DNA of 44,193 nt, the filler included, from Neodothiora populina (lineage: Eukaryota), in the NCBI RefSeq assembly GCF_041146345.1. It is 2 parts of 2 records of this genome, joined end to end, with 100 filler letters (N's around TTAATTAATTAA, not from the genome) between each part and the next. Parts side by side here need not be neighbours in the genome. Positions count along the whole stretch, not along the records: positions 1 to 27,019 come from NW_027191412.1; 1 more part is not named here. One strand, written 5' to 3'. Numbering within the stretch: position 1 is the stretch's first letter; each line of letters starts with the position of its first letter. Position numbers and translations under genes: made by a program. The notes under the pieces are model-generated. The model was given only the letters and a program-made list of their open reading frames with translations, was not told the DNA's origin and made no database searches. Below, piece by piece: positions 1 to 11,888 of the stretch.

Positions 1-66
1 GGGGCATATGATCACAAGATGCATTAAGGAAAGGTCTTGGATTATAGAAAAAGTTACGCTAGGGAT
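1..66 (+). rRNA. rnl: mt LSU rRNA, end of exon 1 (continues from 27019)
   Basis: Conserved aaagttacgctagggat immediately before the intron site. Confidence 0.9.
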
Positions 67-1740
67 TTATAACTGTGAGTCCTCCAATATTATAAAATAT
101 TGGTAATATATTGGGTAAATTTCAAAGACAACTTATATTAATTAAGTGTATTTGAAGCGAAACTTATTTTAGCATGTGTTTATCTTTAAGATAAATTAAA
201 ATAAGGACGTTCAACGACTAAAAGGTGAGTATAGCTAACAATAATCCTTTTTTAACGCCCAACATCTTTATTAATTAATTAAAAACACTATTTGTATAAT
301 AATTATTATTTTTTAATAATGTATTAGACTTGGTTTACCAAGCTTTAATATTATATAATTAATTCTATTAATTATATTAATATATATATATATATATAAA
401 TATGTTAAATATTATAAAATCAAAATTAAATACTACATATAAAAAAAAAGGATTAAATGATTCTAGTATAGCTATTTATAATAGAGATATAATACCTGCT
501 GTAAGAAATTGAAAAAGTAGTATATATGCTTATAATAAAAATGCTATTAATTTAATTCCTATTAAAAGTAAATATGTAATGAAATTAATTAAAGCATACT
601 TTAATTTATATAATTTACAACTAGAATCTTTATTAAGAAAAAATAGATTACGTCGTAGATTTAGAAAAATATCTACAAATAGAATATTTATTAGTGATGG
701 TGAATTTAAACATACTAATGATAAAGTTAATATAACATTATATGTTTATAATAAACAAAAACTTAATTACTTATTAAAACTTAAAAAAAGATATTTAACA
801 TTATTTAAAAAAGCTAAATTTGCTAGAAAATTAAAATTAATAAAAAATGTAGGATTAAATATTTTGTGTAAACATAAACAAAAAAGTATATTATTAAGTA
901 ATCTTTTACCTAAATACAATACTCAAGTAAATACAGCACAAAATATTTACTATTTAAGATTTATTAAAAAAAGTTTTAAAAGATTAAAATTCTATATGTA
1001 TTATAAACAAATGCTTTATATAAATAAAGCTAAATTTGAAAATACTTATTTACAAGGTTTAATAAGTTTAGTAAAAAATATTTTTAATAAAAATGTTGAA
1101 TTTAATATAATTAATTTAAAATATTTTTATTTTAATAGTAATATATTTACTCAACCTTTAGAATTAAAATTAAAAAAAAAGAAATGTTTTAAGATATCTT
1201 AAAGTTTTAATAAGAAAAGCAAAAATTAAAAATGTTAAATTAGCAGAAAAATCTAAAAAATTTTTTAATTTAAATATTTTTAATAGTGATAATTTTTTAC
1301 AACAAGATAATACTAAATCTAAATACCTTAAAAAAATTATTTTAAGTGATTTAAAATATAAAAGAGTATCTGGTGTTAGATTAGAAGCTGCTGGTAGATT
1401 AACTAGACGTTTTTCAGCTTCTAGATCTCAACGTAGAACTAAATATAAAGGTAATTTAGAAAATGTTTATTCTTCATTTAAAGGTTATCCTACACCAATG
1501 TTAAGAGGAAATGATAAAGCTAATTTACAATATACTGTAATTAACTCAACTTCACGTGTTGGAGCTTTTGGTGTTAAAGGTTGAGTAAGTAGTACTTAAT
1601 TTATCTTTTCTTTTTATTTACAATTTTCCCTCCCTTATATTAATTAATAAAGATGATGAAATAGTCTGAACCGTTTTGAGAAAAATGGAAATAAAAGTAT
1701 ATTTGGCTTCTAGCTGAATCTTTTATGATAACATAAATTG
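67..1740 (+). mobile_element. Group I intron in rnl (mL2449-type site) hosting rps3
   Basis: Interrupts conserved gctagggat^aacaggcta. Exon ends in U and intron ends in G (1740). Core-like motifs gttcaacgacta (~209-220) and aaatagtctga (~1659-1669). Confidence 0.92.
402..1599 (+). CDS. rps3: Intron-encoded mitochondrial ribosomal protein S3 (S5), with a frameshift at the A9 run 1172-1180
   Basis: ATG 402 is in frame with the ORF at 579 (one TGA=Trp). The C-terminal motif [20 protein letters not shown]...GAFGVKGWVSST* continues in the +1 frame to TAA 1597-1599. Confidence 0.9.
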
Positions 1741-2260
1741 AACAGGCTAATTTGCGCAAGAGAGTACAAATTGAGTGCGCGGTTTGGCACCTCGATGTCG
1801 GCTTAGCTCATCCTCATGCATGCAGAAATCATGAAGGGTTCGACTGTTCGTCGATTAAAGAGCTACATGAGCTGGGTTTAATACGTCGTGAGACAGTATG
1901 GTTTCTATCTTCTAGAGGAACATAAAGTAGATTAAAGATAGCCCCTTCGTACGAAAGGAGTTGGGTATATTGATCTCTGGTTTACCTGTTGTTTATGATT
2001 TATATTATAACATATGTTATAATGATAATTAATACTTATACTAAGGTATTGTTACACTATTTATAGTGTAACCAGACAACATAGGCATGGCAGGAAAGCT
2101 ACATCAGTTAAAGATAAGTGTTGAAAGCATCTAAACGCGAAGCAAACTTTATGATACTTTTATACGTAGTAGAACACTACGAGCATAATTGTTTAATTAC
2201 AATTAATAGGCTTTAGTTGTAAGAATGATAACATTTTTAGATATAAAGTACTAATTTAAA
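1741..2260 (+). rRNA. rnl: mt LSU rRNA exon 2 (3' end approximate)
   Basis: Peptidyl-transferase motifs gtttggcacctcgatgtcggct, gagctgggtt, cgtcgtgagacag and the sarcin-ricin-like cgtacgaaagga. Confidence 0.9.
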
Positions 2261-2320
2261 AAAAGTATACTAAATATTATTTAATATCATTATAATATTT
2301 TTTTTATATATTACAATAAA

Positions 2321-2391
2321 GCCTTTTTAGCATAAAAGTAATGCAACCGTTTTGTAATCGGTAGAAGTGAGTTCGATACTCGCATAAGGCT
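2321..2391 (+). tRNA. trnT: tRNA-Thr(TGT)
   Basis: Cloverleaf; anticodon arm accgt-tt-TGT-aa-tcggt. Confidence 0.9.
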
Positions 2392-2417
2392 AAATATATT
2401 TTAAAATATAATTTAAA

Positions 2418-2491
2418 GACCCAATGGTCAAGTATGGTTAAGACATAACATTTTCACTGTTAGTGCGGGAGTTCAAATCTCCCTTGGGTTA
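2418..2491 (+). tRNA. trnE: tRNA-Glu(TTC)
   Basis: taaca-tt-TTC-ac-tgtta; T-loop gttcaaatc. Confidence 0.9.
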
Positions 2492-2495
2492 AAAA

Positions 2496-2568
2496 AAGAG
2501 ATTAGCTCAGTTGGTAGAGCTGTCGCTTTACACGCGAAAGGCCAGGTGTTCAAATCACCTATCTCTTA
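2496..2568 (+). tRNA. trnV: tRNA-Val(TAC)
   Basis: Acceptor stem aagagat/atctctt; tcgc-tt-TAC-ac-gcga. Confidence 0.9.
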
Positions 2569-2569
2569 A

Positions 2570-2640
2570 AGCGAATTAATGTAATAGTAACATATATGGC
2601 TCATGTCCATATTATTTAGGTGCAACTCCTAAGTTCGCTA
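2570..2640 (+). tRNA. trnM: tRNA-Met(CAT), possibly initiator
   Basis: tatgg-ct-CAT-gt-ccata; T-loop variant gtgcaactc. Confidence 0.85.
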
Positions 2641-2643
2641 CCA

Positions 2644-2717
2644 AAGACTATAGCTTAATTGGTTAAAGCGAACCACTCATGATGGTTTGAGTAAATGTTC
2701 AAGTCATTTTAGTCTTA
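2644..2717 (+). tRNA. trnM: tRNA with CAT anticodon (Met, or modified-C34 Ile)
   Basis: aacca-ct-CAT-ga-tggtt; acceptor aagacta/tagtctt. Confidence 0.85.
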
Positions 2718-2721
2718 TTTA

Positions 2722-2803
2722 ATCCGAGTGCTGGAACTGGTAGACAGTCTTAACTTAAGCTTAAGTGGCGCAAGCCGTAAACGTTCGAATCGTTTCTTGG
2801 ATA
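2722..2803 (+). tRNA. trnL: tRNA-Leu(TAA)
   Basis: cttaa-ct-TAA-gc-ttaag; long variable arm. Confidence 0.9.
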
Positions 2804-2808
2804 TATTA

Positions 2809-2880
2809 GGGGTTATAGTTTAACTGGTAAAACGACGATTTTGCATATCGTTATTTCAGGATCGAGTCCTGATAACTCCA
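2809..2880 (+). tRNA. trnA: tRNA-Ala(TGC)
   Basis: acgat-tt-TGC-at-atcgt; G3:U70 in ggggtta/taactcc. Confidence 0.9.
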
Positions 2881-2907
2881 TAACTATTAATATTGTTAAT
2901 TATTAAC

Positions 2908-2980
2908 GCTTGAGAAGCTCAATTGGTAGAGCGGATCATTGAAGCTGATTAGGTTGTAAGTTCAAATCTTATCTCGAGCA
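2908..2980 (+). tRNA. trnF: tRNA-Phe(GAA)
   Basis: gatca-tt-GAA-gc-tgatt. Confidence 0.9.
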
Positions 2981-3014
2981 AACTTGGCTATCTTGGCTAC
3001 TTATATTAATAGAC

Positions 3015-3097
3015 ATGGGTATGCTGAAATTGGTAAACAGGTTCCGCTTAGGACGGAATAGTTTTATACTTTGCAAGTTCAAGTCTTGTTACCCATA
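3015..3097 (+). tRNA. trnL: tRNA-Leu(TAG)
   Basis: ttccg-ct-TAG-ga-cggaa; long variable arm. Confidence 0.9.
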
Positions 3098-3118
3098 TTT
3101 ATATATATACACATAGTT

Positions 3119-3191
3119 TATGTTGTCGACTAATCGGTAAGTCATAAATTTTTGGTATTTACTATTGGGTGTTCGAGTCGCCCCAACATAA
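3119..3191 (+). tRNA. trnQ: tRNA-Gln(TTG)
   Basis: taaat-tt-TTG-gt-attta; acceptor tatgttg/caacata. Confidence 0.88.
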
Positions 3192-3238
3192 GACAAATTA
3201 TTATATATTATTTTTTATATATTATCTATTTTATTTTA

Positions 3239-3310
3239 GCCAGGATAGTTTAATAGGTAGAACAATAATTTCATGAATTAAGAATGAGAATTCGAATTTC
3301 TCTCCCGGCT
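3239..3310 (+). tRNA. trnM: tRNA-Met(CAT)
   Basis: taat-tt-CAT-ga-atta; acceptor gccagga/cccggc. Confidence 0.85.
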
Positions 3311-3370
3311 TTTAGACTTTAATAAAGCTATATTAAATATTAAATAGTATATATTAATATAAATTAAAAT

Positions 3371-3624
3371 ATGGTAATATAGTATTCTTATTATATTATA
3401 GATGTCTAATAAGACACATACGTTGACTTTTAGAATATACTATTTAATTTTATTTAATTACATTATGTAATTTATTTAAATATTAAATTTAATTAATAAT
3501 TATTATAATTTAATATTAAAAAAAAAATAATATATATATATTATATTATTTATCAAAGTTTATTTTAAACTTTGAAGTATAGCTATAGGTTTTACAAAAT
3601 TTTACTTTAAACATACTAAAAAAA
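3371..3624 (+). repeat. Direct repeat A copy 1 (cox1 5' leader)
   Basis: Aligns by eye with 5858-6102; shared blocks include ctaataagacacata, gttgacttttagaatatactatttaattt and ttttaaactttgaagtatag..tataggttttacaaaa. Confidence 0.9.
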
Positions 3625-3756
3625 CAATTTAATAATAATTTTATTTTGCCCGTCGTTAATAATTTACAAGATTATAATTTAGAAAATATAAATAATTTAC
3701 GTAACTATTCAACAAAAGATATTAGTTCAGAATCAGATATAGCCCATGAAGGTACA

Positions 3757-5367
<1,611 letters not shown>

Positions 5368-5482
5368 TATTTATACATATATTATAATAATTAAAATAAG
5401 TTATTATATAATTACATATTTGAAATAAAAAAAAAATATAGAATTATCATAATTTTGATATATTCTTTTAATTATATTTTTT

Positions 5483-5545
5483 AATAATAACATTAAAATT
5501 AATAATTTTATAGTTATATATAAAACAATATAGATGTGATGTATG
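5483..5545 (+). repeat. Direct repeat B copy 1 (63 bp identical to the rns upstream region)
   Basis: aataataacattaaaattaataattttatagttatatataaaacaatatagatgtgatgtatg also at 19887-19949. Confidence 0.92.
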
Positions 5546-5700
5546 TAATCAAAAAAAGAAAAAAAAATATTTAAATTCTATATAACAATACAAATATAAT
5601 TTAAACACTAAAACTAAAATATACATGTTATTTTTATTTAATATATAAAAATTAGTATATATTAATAGTCTTATATATCTAAGATATATAAGTTAATCTA

Positions 5701-5774
5701 GGTAGATATAATTCAAATGGTAGAATATTTACTTGTGGCGTAATACATCCTAGTTCGATTCTAGGTATCTACCC
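5701..5774 (+). tRNA. trnH: tRNA-His(GTG)
   Basis: ttac-tt-GTG-gc-gtaa; acceptor ggtagat/atctacc. Confidence 0.9.
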
Positions 5775-5803
5775 TAACAATAAATAAGTATATTATTTTT
5801 GAA

Positions 5804-5881
5804 ATTATATAACTAAAAATGGTAAGATAGCATTTTAATTATATTATATAACTAAAAATGGTAAAATAGCATTCTTATTAT
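5804..5881 (+). repeat. 39-bp tandem duplication
   Basis: attatataactaaaaatggtaa(g/a)atagcatt... twice (5804-5842, 5843-5881). Confidence 0.85.
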
Positions 5882-6102
5882 ATTATAGATATCTAATAAG
5901 ACACATATGTTGACTTTTAGAATATACTATTTAATTTCATTTAATTACATTATGTAATTAATTTAAATATTAAATTATAATAATTATTATAATTTAATAT
6001 TATAAAAAAATAATATATTTATTATATTATTTATCAAACTTTATTTTAAACTTTGAAGTATAGATATAGGTTTTACAAAACTTTTAACATACTAAAAAAA
6101 AA
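5858..6102 (+). repeat. Direct repeat A copy 2 (leader of orphan ORF)
   Basis: Near copy of 3371-3624. Confidence 0.9.
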
Positions 6103-7381
6103 CAAATATATAAAAATTATGGTTAAACCCCAAAAATTAAAAAAAGATTATAATCTTAACTGTAATATTACATTATTAATTTTTAAAAGAAATATTTATA
6201 CAAAGTCATTAAGTCCTAAATCACCTAGAGTGCCTAAAGAAACTAATGAATTAAATATACCAAATATGAGATCTACACCTGATAACGTAGACAAAAAAAT
6301 AATTGATGATACTCTAAAAAATCTAAATCAAGATAGTCCTGATTTAAAAATACGTGTTAAAAGAAAATCACCTGATACTTCATCTGATCAAGGTTCTAGT
6401 GGGGAAAATACTTTAAACAAAAAAGCTAAATTCTCACATGAAACTGAGAATGAGAATGTAACTGACAATGAGAATGTAACTGACAATGAGAATGTAACTG
6501 ACAATGAGAATGTAACTGAAAATGAGAATGAAACTGAGAATGAGAATGATAATGAGAATGTTAATGATTATGATTATCCAACTTTAGAGAATTATAATGA
6601 TTATAATTTTCCAATTAGAGAAAGTATTGAAGAAAATAATTTAGCAGAAATAGAAAATCATATGAGAAATTTACCTAATATTATAGAATCTTATCATAAT
6701 AGAAAGGCTGAAACATTTAGATTAATGGATGAAATACAAGTAACTACTGATTTATTAGAGGAATATACGGCAAATCTAAAAATTAGTCTTGAAGAAATAA
6801 TAGAAACTATATATGGTTGTCATTTACGTTGGAATAAAACAGATAATGATAATGATAATGATAATGATAGTGAGAATGATAATGATAGTGATAATGATAA
6901 TGATAATGATAGTGATGATGATATGTCTGAATTAATATCAGAAAATAGCTCAGTAGTTGATACTAATGATGATATGTCTGAATTAATATCAGAAAATAGC
7001 TTAGTAGTTGATACTAATGTTGGTATGTCTGAATTAATATCAGAAAATAGCTCAGTAGTTGATACTAATGTTGGTATGGAGCCACTAAATAACGGTGTAT
7101 CATTTAGTGACGTTATATATAGTGGACAAATGCGTATTGATAATATTACATTTAATAATTATTCTATTCAAATGTCAGGTAAAGATAATATTGATTACCG
7201 TATGGCTTATGAATATTTAACAGAATGTTTAGAGAATATAGATAGATTAATAGCTGAACATGAAACTGTATTAACATTAGAAAGACAAATCATACCTAAA
7301 ATTAGTGATGCAGATATTCAATCTATAGATACTGAACTACAAATTAATGATATGTTAGATATATTAAACCAGTTTACTTAA
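6053..7381 (+). CDS. Orphan mitochondrial ORF (442 aa from TTG, 420 aa from ATG 6119): basic N-terminus, acidic N/D/E repeats
   Basis: 1.3-kb stop-free frame in AT-rich DNA; internal repeats are all multiples of 3 (18, 6 and 51 bp); no LAGLIDADG, GIY-YIG or polymerase motif seen. Confidence 0.7.
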   Translation: MKYRYRFYKTFNILKKNKYIKIMVKPQKLKKDYNLNCNITLLIFKRNIYTKSLSPKSPRVPKETNELNIPNMRSTPDNVDKKIIDDTLKNLNQDSPDLKIRVKRKSPDTSSDQGSSGENTLNKKAKFSHETENENVTDNENVTDNENVTDNENVTENENETENENDNENVNDYDYPTLENYNDYNFPIRESIEENNLAEIENHMRNLPNIIESYHNRKAETFRLMDEIQVTTDLLEEYTANLKISLEEIIETIYGCHLRWNKTDNDNDNDNDSENDNDSDNDNDNDSDDDMSELISENSSVVDTNDDMSELISENSLVVDTNVGMSELISENSSVVDTNVGMEPLNNGVSFSDVIYSGQMRIDNITFNNYSIQMSGKDNIDYRMAYEYLTECLENIDRLIAEHETVLTLERQIIPKISDADIQSIDTELQINDMLDILNQFT

Positions 7382-7501
7382 ATAGTGGGTTTAACTTCCA
7401 AAGCCTTATTATTGATATATTAGAGATATTAAGCTACATTAATTAAATAAAGGCTATAAAAAATATTTAACTGAAAATAACTATATGTAAATATAATTTA
7501 A

Positions 7502-7735
<234 letters not shown>

Positions 7736-7881
7736 TTATAGCTATATATATTAATGTCAATCTTATATATATATATATTTATTTAATTTAATAATAAGTT
7801 TTATAATTAATTTTAATTTAAACCTTTATAAGAAAATATTAATATAAAACTTATCTCTTATAAAAATTTAAATCTTTAAAT

Positions 7882-8288
7882 ATGACAACAACAACTTTTT
7901 TTTATTTTTAATTCCAGTATTAGGTATAATATTGTTATTAGTTAATTTAATACTTTCACCACATAATCCTTATCAAGAAAAAGATAGCGCATTTGAATGT
8001 GGTTTTCATTCTTTTTTAGGACAAAATAGAACACAATTTAGTATTTCTTTCTTTATATTTGCTTTATTATTTTTATTATTTGATTTAGAAATTTTATTAA
8101 TATATCCTTATGTTGTTAGTGCTTACACTAATGGTATTTATGGTTTATTAATAATGATAGTATTTTTTTTAGTATTAACTTTAGGTTTTGCTTTTGAATT
8201 AGGTAAAAATGCATTAAAAATAGAAAGTAGACAAGTATTTAATTTTAATATAAAATCTTGAAATGGTTATTCTTTAATATATAAGTAA
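7882..8288 (+). CDS. nad3: NADH dehydrogenase subunit 3, with a frameshift in the T8 run 7896-7903
   Basis: EKDSAFECGF, LLFDLEI. ATG 7882 joins the frame if one T is added. TGA 8259 read as Trp; TAA 8286-8288. Confidence 0.9.
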
Positions 8289-8357
8289 ATTATAAATTAT
8301 ATATTAATAATATTTTACTTATTATTAAATTAAAAAAAATATATATATATATAGATA

Positions 8358-8430
8358 GGGTTAGTAACTTAATTGGTAAAGGGTTTTCTTGTCAAGAAAA
8401 TAGATGCCGGATCGAAACCGGTCTAACTCG
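8358..8430 (+). tRNA. trnD: tRNA-Asp(GTC), second copy
   Basis: ttttc-tt-GTC-aa-gaaaa; one mismatch versus 23610-23682. Confidence 0.9.
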
Positions 8431-8504
8431 TATATGTATATAAGATTACATAAAGTTTACATGAATTAGTGTGATAAATTATAACTACAATAAAAAGAAT
8501 AAAA

Positions 8505-9266
8505 ATGTTTTTACATAATTATATTTCTAAATTACAATTAGATGCTCCAACTCCTTGGGGTTTATTTTTCCAAGATAGTGCATCACCTCAAATGGAAGGT
8601 ATTGAAGAATTACATAATAATATAATGTTTTATTTAGCTATTATATTATTTACTGTTACATGAATGATGATTTCAATGATAAGAAATTTTTTAGCTAATA
8701 AATCACCTATTGCACATAAATATATGAATCATGGTACTTTAATAGAGTTAATTTGAACAATATCTCCAGCATTTATATTAATATTAATAGCATTTCCATC
8801 ATTTAAATTATTATATTTAATGGATGAAGTTATGGATCCTTCATTAGTTGTTTATGCTGAAGGTCATCAATGATATTGAAGTTACCAATATCCTGATTTT
8901 ACAAATGAAGATGATGAATTTATAGAATTTGATTCATATATAGTACCAGAAAGTGATTTAGAAGAAGGTCAATTTAGAATGTTAGAAGTTGATAATAGAG
9001 TTATTATACCTGAATTAACTCATACTAGAATTGTTATATCAGCTGCTGATGTTATACATTCTTATGCTTGCCCTTCTTTAGGTATTAAAGCAGATGCTTA
9101 CCCAGGTAGATTAAATCAAGCTTCTGTTTACATAAACCGTCCTGGAACTTTCTTTGGACAATGTTCAGAAATATGTGGTATTTTACACAGTTCTATGCCT
9201 ATTGCTATACAATCAGTATCTATAAAAGATTTCTTATTATGATTAAGAGAACAAATGGAAGGTTAA
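8505..9266 (+). CDS. cox2: Cytochrome c oxidase subunit 2
   Basis: DAPTPWG, GHQWYWSY, CuA motif [12 protein letters not shown]. Confidence 0.96.
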
Positions 9267-9355
9267 ATATTATAAAATATGTAATAAAAAATAAGTTATT
9301 TACTATTAATAATATACATATATTATAATAAATAAATAACTTATATATTTGAAAA

Positions 9356-9426
9356 AATATGTTAATTCAATGGTAGAATAGCGTGCTACGGACACGTAAA
9401 TATAAGTTCAAGTCTTATACATATTT
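9356..9426 (+). tRNA. trnR: tRNA-Arg(ACG)
   Basis: gcgtg-ct-ACG-ga-cacgt. Confidence 0.88.
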
Positions 9427-9507
9427 ATATAATATTAATTAATATTTAAAATAATTATATTTATATATGTAGTATAGATAAATCAAATAAAATTTTATAT
9501 AAGTATA

Positions 9508-9777
9508 ATGAATTTTTCAATATTTTTATTTGTCATAGGGATATTAGGATTTGTATTAAATAGAAAAAACATTATATTAATGTTAATTTCTATAGAAATA
9601 ATGTTATTATCTGCAACATTTTTAATATTAATCAGTTCACTTAGTTTTGATGATATATTAGGACAAACTTTTGCTGTATATATTTTAACAATAGCAGGAG
9701 CTGAATCTGCAATAGGTTTAGGGATATTAGTAGCATATTATAGATTAAGAGGTAGTATAACAATACAATATAAATAA
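9508..9777 (+). CDS. nad4L: NADH dehydrogenase subunit 4L
   Basis: NRKNIILMLISIEIMLL, AGAESAIGLGIL. Confidence 0.96.
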   Translation: MNFSIFLFVIGILGFVLNRKNIILMLISIEIMLLSATFLILISSLSFDDILGQTFAVYILTIAGAESAIGLGILVAYYRLRGSITIQYK

Positions 9778-11757
9778 ATGTATTTAACATTGATAATTTT
9801 ACCATTATTAGGTTCAATAGTATCAGGTTTTTTTGGTAGAAAAGTTGGTATAACAGGATCACATATAATAACATGTGGTTCAGTAATAACTACAACACTT
9901 TTAGCTATTATAGCTTTTTTTGAAGTAGGTTTTAATAATATACCAGTAACAATAAATATAGCAAGATGAGTAGATGTAGAATCACTATATGTATTATGAA
10001 ACTTTAGATTTGATTCATTAACTGTATCAATGTTAATACCAGTATTAATAGTATCTAGTTTAGTACACATATATTCTATAAGTTATATGAGTCATGATCC
10101 ACATAATCAAAGATTTTTTAGTTACTTAAGTTTATTCACTTTTATGATGATTATATTAGTAACAGGAAATAATTATTTAATTATGTTTGTAGGTTGAGAA
10201 GGTGTAGGTGTTTGTTCATATCTTTTAGTAAATTTCTGATTTACTAGAATAGCAGCAAATCAAAGCTCTTTATCAGCTTTATTAACTAATAGAGTAGGTG
10301 ATTGTTTATTAACTGTAGGTATGTTTACAATAATATGATCTTTTGGTAATCTAGATTATAGTACAGTATTTGCATTAGCACCTTACTATAATGAAACTAT
10401 AATTACAATAGTAGGAATATGTTTATTAATAGGTGCAACAGCTAAAAGTTCTCAAGTAGGTTTACATATTTGATTACCTCAAGCTATGGAAGGTCCTACA
10501 CCTGTTTCTGCTTTAATTCATGCAGCAACTATGGTTACTGCTGGAGTTTATTTATTAATGAGATCTTCACCTTTAATTGAATATAGTTCAACTGTTTTAG
10601 TTTTATGTTTATGATTAGGTGCTATAACTACAGTATTTAGTTCTTTAATTGGATTATTCCAACAAGATATTAAAAAAGTTATTGCCTATTCTACTATGAG
10701 TCAATTAGGTATGATGGTTATAGCTATAGGTTTATCAAGTTATAATTTAGCTTTATTCCACTTAGTTAACCACGCCTTTTATAAAGCATTATTATTCTTA
10801 GGTGCTGGATCAGTTATACACGCAGTAGCTGATAACCAAGATTTTAGAAAATATGGTGGTTTAAGAGAGTTCTTACCTTTAACATATTCAGTAATGTTAA
10901 TAGCTTCATTAAGTTTAGTAGCTGTACCTTTCATGACAGGATTCTATTCTAAAGATTTTATTTTAGAATCTTCTTATGGTCAATTCTACTTATCAGGTAC
11001 TATAGTTTATTTTGTAGCTACTATAGGTGCTATGTTTACTACACTTTATTCAGCTAAGGTTTTATATTTAACTTTCTTAGCTAATCCTAATGGACCATTA
11101 TCTAGTTATAAACATGCTCATGAAGGTGATATTTTCTTAACTTTACCTTTAATTATATTATCTATTTTCTCTATATTCTTTGGTTATTTAACTAAAGATA
11201 TTTTCATAGGTTTAGGTACTGGTTTCTTTGTAGATAATAGTTTATTTATTCATCCTAGTCATGAAATTATGTTAGATACTGAATTTGCTGTACCTACATT
11301 ATTTAAATTATTACCATTTATATTTACAGTTTCTTTAAGTATTATTTCTGTTTTATTTTCTGAATTCTTACCTAAATTACTTATTAACTTTAAATTCTCA
11401 AGATTTGGTTATAATATATTTAGTTTCTTTAATCAAAGATTTTATATAGAATTATTTTATAATAAATATATTGTAGAAGGTGTTCTTAAATTAGGTGGTC
11501 AAACTACTAAGAGTTTAGATAAAGGTTCAGTAGAATTCTTAGGACCTTATGGTTTAGAAAAAGGATTATTATCTTTAAGTAATAGTTTAGGTAAATTAAG
11601 TACTGGTGTAATTACTACTTATGCTTTATATGTATTAATAGGTTTAATGTTCTACATATCATTAATATATTTCTCTTATAATGATAATAATTTATTTATA
11701 TTAGTTGTATTTACTTTATTTGCATTATTAAATAATAATTTAACATCAACTAAATAA
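9778..11757 (+). CDS. nad5: NADH dehydrogenase subunit 5 (abuts nad4L, TAA|ATG)
   Basis: [34 protein letters not shown]. Confidence 0.96.
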
Positions 11758-11888
11758 ATAATTTATCATTTATTTATTAATAAGTTATTATTTATTTAAT
11801 AATAACTTATTCTTTTTTTTTTAATAGATATATTTATTTATATCTATTAATTATTTTATTTAAATTTATTTATATTTTTTATTCAGAT

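Noticed and set aside
6443..7078. Regular repeats resembling a CRISPR array
   Set aside because: Units are head-to-tail with no unique spacers, lie within a coding frame, and no cas genes are present.
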